Source: Ramazzottius varieornatus
Taxonomy: Eukaryota; Animalia; Tardigrada
NCBI GenBank assembly: GCA_001949185.1
Contig: BDGG01000004.1
Location: 3,629,777 to 3,693,776, forward strand
Direction of reading: 5' to 3'
Length of the DNA: 64,000 bases
Below, one piece after another: positions 50,673 to 61,953 of this stretch (positions are counted from its first letter, which is position 1; each line of letters starts with the position of its first letter). Under the pieces are notes generated by a model, which was not told the DNA's origin, ran no database searches, and saw only the letters and a list, made by a program, of their open reading frames with translations. The translations under genes and the position numbers were made by a program.

Positions 50673-53600
50673 ATGGATCCAAAGGTACGCCGGGAGGCTG
50701 GAGTATCTGTGAGAGTGGTGTATGCATGGGATGGGAATATTCCCATTGTCCAAAAAGCGATATCGTAGTCGCCAATTTTGTGTTGTTCGTTCTTTGAATA
50801 GTGTATATAATACGTTTCCACTGCTGGCGTGTGGAGTTTTCTTGATTCTTGTAAGTAAGTCGTTTTTTTCAGGTTGCGGAGTTGAAAGACAAAGGCAATG
50901 CTGCCATGAAGGCGCAAAACTACCAGGAAGCCATCAAGTTCTACAGCGAAGCACTGGAGCTCGATCCTACCAATGAAGTTCTTTATAGCAACAGATCCGG
51001 GGCTTACGCGAGTCAAACCCAGTACGACATGGCTTTGAAAGACGCCGAAAAGGCGGTGGAACTGAAGCCGAACTGGCCCAAGGTATGGATGTCAGAATAC
51101 CGAAACGCAACCTGGAATTGAATACGGAAGCTCGGCAGCCAACTGGCCAAGACAGTTTTCTCGAGTGGCCCACATTTTCGATATAATTGGCTGGAAGCGC
51201 GCGCCAATTCGAAAATCGAATATTGCTGTTATTTCGAAGTTTCCAGTACTGATCGTGGATTTGTAGGGATATTCGAGGAAAGCCACAGCTTTAAATTTCT
51301 TGAGACGATACTCGGATGCTGTTACCGCATACGAAGAAGCGCTGAAGTACGACCCGGATAACCAGCAGCTGAAAACCGAGCTGGCGAAGTGTCAAAGTGA
51401 ACTGTCAGGTACAACATCGTCCTCCCTCGAACGGACGTCCAATTTTCTTCGTAGTTTGTCCGGAAACACTGATCTTAGTTGTTTGCTATTCTTAGGGGGA
51501 TCGCGAAGACCACCGCCGTCAGGCTCCGGACCAGGTGGTTTCTTGAACATGTTCTCCGATCCAAATTTGATGGAACGCCTCCGTCAAGACCCACGCACTA
51601 GAGCCTACGTTGACCAGCCGGACTTTCAGCAAATCATTCGCAACATGCAGGCGAATCCGCAGAGTTTGATGTAAGCTCTATTGAATTCCCTCGCACCATT
51701 GCCTGATTCGTTAGCAGCTCAGCGAACAAACTGGAGAAGGTTGTTCTTCCAGGTGGCGCACGCTGTAAGTGTTACAGGCTGAAAGCGTGCGCCACTAAAC
51801 CATCTTGTTGAATTTATTTGCCGAGCTCGCATAATATTACCTTTAGTTTGTTCAATGATTCAGGCAGTACATGGGCGATCCAAGAATCACTCAAGCTCTG
51901 AGCGTCTTGCTGGGCATCGACATCTCCGCGGGTGGCGCAGGAGCGGACGGGGCCGATGATGATCAAATGGACGTCGATGACGGTCCTCGCCCAGCTGAAC
52001 CCGAACGAGCACCTCCTACTTCAACGAGCAGTTCGTCCGCGAAGAAGCCCGATCCGAAGACACGCCCGAAAGACCAAACTTCAGAACAGTCCAAAGCCTG
52101 GGATGAGAAAGAGCTGGGAAACGAATGTTACAAGAAGAAGGATTTCGAAAATGCCATGAAGCACTACGACGCAGCCATCGAGCTCGATCCTTTGAACATC
52201 ACGTATCAAAACAACAAAGCCGGTACGTTTGGTTTTTTCTGCTTTAAAGCATAGGCGTCTGTTTTAGGCTCAGTTTTTGACTGGCTGTTCAAAACGTAAC
52301 GTTTCAGCACGTCTGAGGCCAGTGTAGGGTGACGTAGGAGAGATCGTTTGATCGCTCTGACTGATGCTGATACATGATTGATGCAGTCCAAATGTTTGGA
52401 CTGGTGCCCGGAAGAGCTTTCCATACTACCGCAAACTGCTGGCTCGCACAGCAGTCTGGCAAGCTCTTCCGGAATCTTCTCTCAGTGCAACTTGCCTAAA
52501 TTGTTGGTAACGTTGTCTGTGCTCTGTGCTTGCCGGCACAGAAACGTACGCCGTCATACAACACTGGTCTGATACGGCCACAATCGATGCAACCGGGGTT
52601 TTAAAGGTTTTGTATTGCTGTACAACGGACGCTATACTTTAAAGCCGCACAGAATCCCCGATTGTACGTGCATTTGACTGCTTTTTCCTACAGCTGTCCT
52701 ATTCGAACAAGGAAAATACCCAGACTGTATCGAACTCTGCCTAAAAGCCGTCGATATTGGCCGTGAAAACCGGGCGGACTTCGCTGTGATTGCGAAGTAA
52801 GGTCACTTCGCTCTTATGAGTCCATTTGAAGGTTACTCTCATGGAAAATTTACGACTTCGAACATTTTAGGGCTCTCGCTCGTGCGGGGAACGCCCATTT
52901 CAAACTTGGAGACTTGAAAAGCGCAAAGATGTACCTTGAAAAGTCCTTGGCGGAACATCGGTCGGATGAGACGCTGAAGAGAGTCAAGGAGGTTAGTCAG
53001 TACTTCAGTGTACAGAATCCGTATCGGTGTAAGGAACAACAAGTCGGCAGAGGTTATAGTATTTCTGTGTTCTGTAGATTGACACTCAGCTGAAAGAGCA
53101 AGAGAAGAAAGCCTACATTAATCCAGAGCTGGCGGAAGAGGCTAAAAACAAAGGAAATGAGCTCTTCAAGCAGGGAGATTTCCCGGGTGCTTTGAAGCAT
53201 TATTCGGAGGCCATCAAACGAAACCCAACGGACGCAAAACTGTACAGCAATCGCGCAGCTTGCTACACTAAACTGCTAGAGTTCAACCTTGGTCTAAAGG
53301 ACTGTGAGGAATGCGTCAAACTCGACCCCACTTTTGGTAAGGTAGACCGCAAGTTTGCATCCAAATTCAACTACAGCACATAAATTACATAATAATATGT
53401 AATTGAATTACTGTATGTAATAATATTACTGGTTGCAGTGAAGGGCTATATTAGGAAGGGAACCATTCTAACAGCGATGAAGCAGCAAAGTAAAGCCATT
53501 CAAGCATTCGAGAAGGCTTTAGAACTTGAACCGGGAAGCCAAGAAGCACGGGATGGAATGTACAGAGCCCAGATGGAAACCCAACGCGACCCCGATGCCG

Positions 53601-53838
53601 CAAGAAAGATGGCCATGGATGATCCAGAAGTACAGAGTATAATTGGCGATCCTGCGATGCGCATGATACTCGAGCAGATGCAGAAGGAACCACAGGCTGT
53701 GCGAGAGTGAGCTGCATTCATTCTGAAGAACCTGTTGGCATTGGCTGACTAGACTATATTTGCAGGCATCTGAAGAACCCGGAAGTTGCTCGGAAGATCA
53801 ACAAGCTCGTTGAAGCTGGGCTAGTGGGCATGCGATAA
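50673..53838 (+). CDS. STIP1: Stress-induced phosphoprotein 1 (HOP/Sti1), multi-exon
   Basis: TPR1 (LKDKGNAA...YSNRSGAY...KPNWPKGYSRK), DP1, TPR2A ([14 protein letters not shown]), TPR2B ([24 protein letters not shown]) and DP2 ([21 protein letters not shown]). Confidence 0.97.
51130..51216. repeat. Palindromic element copy B in a STIP1 intron
   Basis: gctcggcagc...ttttctcgagtggcccac-loop(attggctggaagc)-gcgcgccaattcgaaaa, with the loop motif shared with copy A. Confidence 0.6.
51716..51827. repeat. Palindromic element copy C in a STIP1 intron
   Basis: agctcagcgaacaaa...gtggcgcacgct-loop(gtaagtgttacaggctgaa)-agcgtgcgccac...tttatttgccgagct. Confidence 0.7.
52241..52645. repeat. Intron-spanning imperfect fold-back in the STIP1 471-nt intron
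   Basis: Nested inverted arms gctttaaagcataggcgtctgtt / aacggacgctatactttaaagc; ggccagtgt / acactggtc; ccggaagagctttccatact / agtctggcaagctcttccgg. Confidence 0.7.
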
Positions 53839-54060
53839 GGTTTTCAATAATTCACCTATTCGTCATTTCTTTTCTAATTTAACTTAGTCCTTCGTTGACA
53901 CGATGGCGTGTGAGATCGACAACGTAATTGATAATTATTTTCTTGGTCAGAATGACAATCATATTCTTCAGCTGGTCTCCACTTCCAAACCAGCAAAGCT
54001 TAAAACAAAAACTAACGACCCTGCATTTGCTTGATCTATATGGGAACGTAAGTTTTTCCA

Positions 54061-56496
54061 CTAGTCAAACTTTCTTTGAGGCAAAGACTTTTGCATAGCT
54101 GCCAGCCGCCAGTACTGTTGTAATCTTCTGAGCCATGCCGCCCAGTAAGAGGAGATTAGGTTATGGTCGAACCGGACAACGCTGGCTGGTTCTCTGCAAA
54201 ACAAACCGTAGTCAATCACACTCGCACACAAGATAGCCAGATTGAAAGATTCAACGATTAAAGGACCCACCCGGAACTGTACGCCACGACAACCGCCGCG
54301 TTGGGGACCTGGACATTCTTCGACCTCATGTTTTCGTCGAAGTTGACGGCGCCGAGGTACGCTGCTACCTGGATGGGGTTGTCATACAACGCATCCACGG
54401 TATCTTTCTTCGTGGCCGAGGTCTTCCATTCTATTACACATGGTTGTCCTTCCAAGGAAGCAACGCAATCCGTCACCCCCTTGTAACACAGAAAAGGATG
54501 TTGAACTCGTTCTTCTATACACACGACATCCGACAGGTCGGAAAAGACGTTCTTTAGGCTTTCCCAGTGTCCCTCGTTCCGTTTCGGCACGGCCACTTCG
54601 TTAACCTTGGTTCCACGAAGAACAGTTTCTACTGCTGTGTGGAAACCCTTCCCGTCGCTGAATATACCTGCGAAACAAAACCAGTTTTTAATATGATTCA
54701 AAATTCCAAAATGTAATTATTCACTGGAATCTGCTTACTTTGCTGAAGTAGCTGGAAGCCCTGAACGCCCAGTTCCGCTATCTTTCTCCTCTTCCATGCA
54801 TCCAATCGTTCGCGGCTCGCCGAAGGCATCGTCACATCCAGTATGGCCGTGACAGACGGATACTTTTCCGGTGCGAGAGGTTTCCCGAGTAACTGTTCCG
54901 GACAAATCTTCATCACAATCGCACCAGGTAGAACCAGCTCGTGCGAAGAGCCAATGTAGTTCGGACGAAGCTTATTCATCAACGGAGACTGTGGGACGGC
55001 TTTCAGGTCCCCTTCGGTTTTAAGCTCTACCACTCTGTAATCGTCCATATCGACACTAAGCTTCTGACGTGCCACTGTTGCTCCAACAAGCGGTTCCTGT
55101 GTGATGGCTTCTCCCGTTTCCGGTGTGCCCGCTATCTCTTTCAGGGAATTTTTCACCGTCTGCGCTGCTTTCTTATTCACTCTGTTAGCTGCGAGGTACA
55201 GGGAACTCGAAGGAAGATCTGCACCAGGCATACGTTCGTAAGGACCACTGTTTTCCCCAGCAGCAGGTGAAGGGCTAAGCACCGGACCGAATATCTTAGC
55301 ATCCTCGTTCTCACCGAGCCACGATGTCCCACTTTCCGCCTCGTTTACCTCAGGTATCTCCAGTGGAACATGGGCAGACTTATTCTGCGTCGCACGGGCA
55401 ATGGACTGCGATGCTTTGCGAGGTTCACGAACAACCGGTCCGAAGAGGCATTTAGCTTCGTCGGGGAGAGTCTCGGCAGAGGTCTGTAAAGCAGGAACGG
55501 GACTGATGTAGTCCACACCGAATCTATCCGTTCTTTTGATGCCTGGACCGGTGTACTTCTCCCGGCTGCTAACACGTTCTATAACTTTGCGCGTCTTGGG
55601 GACAATCGGACCATAAAGTGACTCAGTATGCGCATCGAACATCCCTTCGTCCACCGTACCAGTTTTTAAAACTTTAACCTTGGCAGTCTTCATGCTCACT
55701 TTCTTGTCTTGGGACGGCTTTCCGATAAGGTGCTTCGCGTTGTTGCCCATGAATTCCCAGCGTGCGATAGCTTCCTCTGAGCCAAAGGTATCCGGCTGTT
55801 CCACTTGTTGCAGGTTCTCAAGATCGAAAGCTAAGTTCGCCTCGCGGGGAATCTCTGTACAGAACAAAGATCAAGACCAGTTACAGTGAGAACCAGTGTC
55901 AAGTCAGATCGTCAGAACATGATACTAAGAAGATTCGGACCGGAGGCAACCACGACGTCCAAGTCGGCCACACAATAGATTCGCGTGTACGACGTCATCG
56001 CGGGCATACGTGTGACATAAAACAGCCAAAATTAAACTGGGGTGACTGATCCGAACGTTCTGCGTCGTTTCTTACCGAAGTCCCGCTGTGCTGCAAGAGG
56101 AGGTCCATACATAGCCGTGATGATATCGAAAGATGTTTGAGAGCCAAACTTTCTCCTCTTCTCTTCATCGGATTCGAGGACATATTCGTTATGGGTGATA
56201 GGGTTCTTGTATTTTTTGACGTATTTCTTTCGTCCTTGTTTTCCGACCAACAAGTCACCGTAGACAGTTTTCATGTCTTCCCACAGTGGATAATTGCCCC
56301 CAACCACCGAGCTGTTCTTTACGACGTCCTTACGCTGGTTGTCAGAGTCCGACGTTTCCGCCTTCGCTGGAGTATCTGTTGCAGTAGTGACAGGCACGTG
56401 TCTGGGTTTGGAGCTCGACTTATACCTGCCTATCTGGATGATCACGTTGCAGCGACGATAAGACAGATGTCGTAAAGGCGCCGTGACGCGGTCCAT
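54061..56496 (-). CDS. MGME1: Mitochondrial genome maintenance exonuclease 1 (PD-(D/E)XK) with long N-terminal extension
   Basis: YPSVTAILDVTMP...LDAWKRRKIAELG, GKGFH, IEERVQHPFLCYKGVTDCVA, VIEWKTS and YDNPIQVAAYLGAVNFD. Start codon tentative. Confidence 0.88.
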
Positions 56497-57755
56497 TCCC
56501 CGGCTCACCAATTGCCAAGTCGTTAGTTCTGCGTCCAGTTCCAGCGTCCAGTTCTGCGTATCGCGCAGCAGCAGCTGAGAGTTGTCCTGAAGCGTACGGT
56601 ACAACCACGAAAATTTAGTCGCAAAATAATTTTTATCCTGTTTGGCTACTTACCAGCTACCAAATCAAAAATCAAAACAGCTGATTTTTACATGTCCTGC
56701 TGTAGATGCGGACGAGCATAGCACGGCCGACCACTGCGCTTCGTGCACATGCCATGTCTGCGAGCTCTGTGGTGGTTGGCACCCGGCTCGAATTTGAAGT
56801 TTGAAACTGTTGCCGCTCGGTTGTTTTGTTCATCCTTCTTAGGAGTGTGTGTTCGCAATTCGCGAGCAATGTATTCTCACCTGAAAGCCTGGAAACCAGA
56901 CTGATAAAGGTTCCCCATTTTATGATCTTAGATGGTTATGCTCTGAGCCCCCAAGGTCATATCGGATGAATCTGGAGTCTCCTATCGTATCAGGGGAGTT
57001 AACCCAAAATCTAAGTAACCTTCATATGGTATCGGACAGTGTTCTTGTTGTCGAGAATGAGTTTTCACCCGCTGGGATATTTTCGTTAATCTTCTCTCAA
57101 TGGTGGTTTTTGCGAACAAATCCGATCTTCTTGGTTTACGATACATGACTCGACAACATTGCTGCTGGAACAGTCACAACTTTGGCGAACTGGAGAAGCA
57201 TTAGCCATCACGCGTCAAGTCGGACTAGCGGGTTCAACGCACAACACTGTTGTTTGTCTATCGTCTACCACCGGTGATTATTCCCCATGCTGCCGACGTA
57301 CTAAAAGCGAAAACTGGGTCGGCTCTCCGCGATCGATAACCATCATCGGCGGACCAACCAGCGAATCCTTCACAAGGCCAAGCAAGTAATTATGTGAAGG
57401 TTCCTCACGTTCTTGACGTTTGTTGGTTGCAGGGCCGGAGTACAACGAGCGGCTAAGCTGGAGCGACCAACCTCCACCACTAAGGCAAGCTCTCCGCTGT
57501 GATGCATCAGGAAGTTAAGCATATGAAGATGATTCGTGCGTTTGTCAGGCCGCAGCTCGCTCGACATAATGCTGTCCGTCGAACCCGATAACTAGCTCTT
57601 TACGGCACCACTGTGGCCCACACACTGCACAACGGAACACACTGCCCACTTTCTTGCTTGCATACTTCCGCAACCAAGGTTATCGTTCGTCTTACTTCTC
57701 ACGCATAAAGCCGCACGTATAGCCATGTATCCAGCATATACAAAGAGTACTTACT

Positions 57756-57762
57756 TATAAAA
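57756..57762 (+). promoter_or_regulatory. Candidate TATA box for the CIPC-like gene
   Basis: TATAAAA followed about 55 nt later by a strong donor (cac/gtgagt, 57819), consistent with a short first non-coding exon. Confidence 0.4.
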
Positions 57763-59437
57763 CTTGAAGTTGAAGCATCACATAATAGGCACACTCGCAC
57801 TGACAACACAAGGCCCACGTGAGTCCTCCGCGTTCGTTCTCCGAGCTGGCCTGGTGTACTCGCGATGACGTACACAGCTGGGTTAATGTTAGTGTTAGCA
57901 GCTGTGGCTGGCCACTTCCTTCCCCTTGTCCGTTATCCTTCGCCGAAGTCGACAGAGAAGCGTGTACAGAGCAAGGTACTAGTCAACGCTACCATCGTGC
58001 GACTTCACACTGTACCGGCCCATCATCTGTTCGTTGACAAGGACCCTTAGAACTGATCGACGCATGAGCCTCGATCACCTGGCTGGTTCGAACGAATATA
58101 CCTAACGCTAATGGTGACGGCAATAGCCAGCTCCGAGTTCCCTACAGCGGTATTCCATCGCCGCGCGCGGTGAAAAATACATCGCGACCGTACGGTCGCC
58201 TGTGCACGCTTAATCATACCCAGTATTGTTTGTGCCCTCCCAGAAGTCGATGTACTGTATATTCACCTACATGGAATATTCCTTCTGCCAATTTCGTTGA
58301 CGTGGTTCGGCGGACCATATTATATTCTACATTCTTCGGGTGTAAAATATCTGGCTCTCTTTATTCCATCTGAACCTTTATCCATCCGTATCATAATTGG
58401 AATTTATTTGATAGGAAACCGATTAAACACGCCCTATTGTTGCTCGCCTGGACTAATTGGATTACTAGGTAAACCGACACGAATATCATGATTTGGAATA
58501 CGTCACAAGCGGTTTCTGTAGCTCCTGACTGCATCTTTTTTCTCGGTTGGATATGATATTTGCGTGACTTCGGCGTCTTGTTGTCGGCAGTTCCTACAGT
58601 TGCATCACATGGTTGGCGTAATGAGCTATTACGGAATTACTCAACGACACCGCCGCCTGGATCACGTTTCGGACGCTACCTATCCAAGCGCCAACTCTTC
58701 TTTCAGCGTGGGACTACCAAAAAACTCTTGAGGTGAGAACGTGTCACACCCTCGTTCTCAACCGGCGCGGTTATGTCTACTTGAAGTAAATAACTTGTTC
58801 GAAGTAACTTCCCTGTGATGTAACTAGGTATACGTACACCCTCTTGCGAACTGACGCGCTTCCTCTGGAAATAAGACTGTCAGATATTTAGCTATGATGA
58901 AACCACAAACCTGATTTTGATTTCGCGGTTTCCGCACATTTAGCTACTGAAACAATGTATGAATTCCGAACACAATTGTGCTGTGGGCCATGATGGTTCG
59001 GTACAAAACTCAAATATTTTTACTGCTACGCCTCATTTAGTAGCTTTACCGTTTTCCAGCCCGACCTGGGGTCGAAGTTTAGAAATATTAGTCTACAATT
59101 AAAACGTGCTTCAAAACAGATATATCGAAAACAGGATCAGCTGAACGAATCGTGGTAATCGATCTGACGATCGCCGAGACTCCGAGCCGAGAGCATTGAC
59201 GTAACACGAGGGTGGGTTCTCAGAAGGTTTCCACCCGTACGCACGAGATTCATGGGGAATATCGCGCGGTGAAACTTGAGTAGCATTGCCGTTTAATCAT
59301 TCCTCTAGGGGCAGAATATTCTATGGGCTTTTCACGTGGGAAGTTATTTGGGTACTGTGCCGAACCAGAATTTTTCAGTAATTTGGGTGGGCTTGTTCTT
59401 TGTTTTAGCCACAGTGAGGAACCCGGAAGAACTTTCA

Positions 59438-61601
59438 ATGGAAACGCTGCGAAGGCAGCTGTCCATGCCGCAGCTTCCGACCAACCATCATCCAGCAGAT
59501 CCCACCTGCAAGCCGACCACCATCATGAGCTACAACAGCATGCCAGGGCCAACGGACATCACAAATGACGGAAACAACAACATCTTGTCCGACTTTCAAC
59601 TAGCAGAACTACACCAAACGCTTGATACGTTGTCAAACAGTAACCATAATTTTACTACTAACCCATACTTTCCTTCACAGTTTATCGTCAAGAAATGTAC
59701 CAAGTTTTCAGGCAAAATGTTCTGAATTATAATTTCATTATCTAATTTTACGAAAATAATCAGAGCGGAAATCTAGATCTTTTCGAAATGATGGAACAAA
59801 GACTGTTTTGCGTGTTGTTTTGTAGTTCCCAGCCTCAACGGAACATGCGTGATGCCGTATCCGCCCAGTCAACAGCCACCGCCGAATGGGTCTTCCACGC
59901 AGCAGTCTCCTCTCCTCTTCGAGGTCCCATCTGCAGCCAGCCAGCTTCGGATGCACGGAAGTCACTCATTCACCAACGGAATTAACGTGAGGCAAAACAA
60001 CAGCAACAAACGCCTGTCGGTCGACATGAGCGGCAACGTTGCAGAGTACCCAGGTGAGGCAGGGAAGTCTCGTGATGAGTGCGCAGTCTTTACAACCTTG
60101 CGGCTATAGGACTGATCTTTGATTAGCTGACTTGCGCATAAGATTCATAAATAGAGAAAACGTGAGCCTTGTCCTCTGAGCTAGGAGGCTGCCTCAGCGA
60201 CAAAAGCGGCGTGTTTACAGAAAGTGTCCTTGCGACATCTTATAGGAGCTTTTGAGGGTCTGAATGAAACATCCTTGATCTTCGTTAGAGCGCGAGTCTC
60301 AAAATCAGCTTTGACCTTGCGCGGTACTTCACTTATAGCAAGATGAACTTGCTTGGGAGCGATGTTTTTTTGCGAGATGGACGTTGTTAGAAGCCTAACG
60401 GTAGTTCCGATCGCCCTTGAGAATCTTTTCTGTAGCTTACGCAGTGTTAGTTTTGCTTCTGTGTCTATTGTGCCAAAATTTCATTTTGCTTGATTTTTCA
60501 GGCGAACTTTGGCCTGGACCTTCCCGCTCCTCGACGTCGATATCTCACGAAGACAATACATCTGCACAGGTGATGAAGTATTAATCGATATTTCGACAAA
60601 CCCGCCTTACAGTCGGTGCTGTGCCGACTAGAATACAAGACAGCTTCGGTATAACAAGCTCATTCAAGTTAGCTATTGTAATTGTTTTACTTCATAGATT
60701 TCTCGAAGTGCATCCGGGCAGGATCTTCGCGAAACAATACCAAATGGCGCCAGTATTTATCCTACCACTACCAAACGCCAGAACGTGGGTCGTCACAACA
60801 ATGGACAAACCACCTTAGCCAACGGCCCCAACATGACGAACTTCATGCTCGTCAACCACAACCAAAGAATGCCGTATCCCCAAAACCCACAGTTCAGCCA
60901 GCTCCCTCCAATGGGACAACAACCTACCAGCGGACATTTCTATGCAAGACCGCGGCTCTTCGATTCCACAAACTTCAGCCAACGCCTGCCAGCGCGAGAT
61001 CCCACATTGTCACACATGATGTATACCCCACCTCCGCGAGTTCCTCAAAGCTATCAACAAGCTTTCTTCCGACAACCACAACCAAAGAATATAATATACG
61101 AAACGGTACGTTTATGTATTTGGTAACAAAGTCAGTATCCCGAATCCGATGTGCACATGAAATACCGAGATTAAAATTCGGTTGATGTAGGTTAACCAAC
61201 AGAATACCACCGGAAGTGGGACTAACAGCTCTACAGGCGACTCGGTCGCGCAGTCCGAAAAGAGATCTCGCTTTATGCGAACAGCCCAGTTACTGGAACA
61301 GTCTGGACTTATGGAAGTCACGATGAAAACAGCCGCTCTGATAAAAGAAAACCTTGCGCTTCAAAGAGACATAGAGTTCTTGATGGCCGAAACTATGCAG
61401 ATCGAGCAGAATCTGACGGCTATCAAGACCGGCAATGCAGTCAATTCACACTTCATCCTACAAGACAATTTCCATAATGGCCAAATTATGAACCAAATGT
61501 CTCAGCCGCAGCTCTTGACGGGCCCGAACTCGCAGATGCAGCAGTTTCCCCCACCACCTGGACCCGGAAGTGTTCCCATGCAGCGTCACGTTTTGTACTA
61601 G
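59438..61601 (+). CDS. CIPC: CIPC (CLOCK-interacting pacemaker)-domain protein with low-complexity Q/P/N/S N-terminus, multi-exon
   Basis: RFMRTAQLLEQSGLMEVTMKTAALIKENLALQRDIEFLMAET matches the CIPC C-terminal block (human [42 protein letters not shown]). Confidence 0.7.
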
Positions 61602-61953
61602 TGGAAAAAGACGGTAGTTCGTCGCTATTGGATTACACTTTTTTTTCAGAGACCTCAGTTTTTACAAAGAGTTTTGTGCTAATTATTGAGCCCTGCTTGC
61701 ATTTGCGCAAGCTGCGGTAATGTATTTTCTGCAAGACTGTTTTTCAAAATTATCAGAAGAGGATTGTATAAGACTGTAAGAGTTTTTTTTAATTTTTTTG
61801 CTTTTTGGCTGTCTTAGCTTCTTACTGTACAGTTTGGCAAAACGATCTGATTTGTGCAGTTGAAGAAATGTATCATTTTTTTATGCTGTCGGACTCTGTA
61901 CAGAAATCTCGAATTACAGCAAAACATGAAACAAAATAATTATCACAGAAAAA

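Noticed and set aside
56872-57059. Weak fold-back in the MGME1/CIPC spacer (cttagatggtta / taacccaaaatctaag)
   Set aside because: Arms are short and interrupted, and cannot be distinguished from chance without folding statistics.
60054-60501. Possible fold-back or C/D snoRNA (gtgatga...ctga) in the CIPC-like long intron
   Set aside because: Pairing is only partial, and box spacing and terminal stem are unconvincing.
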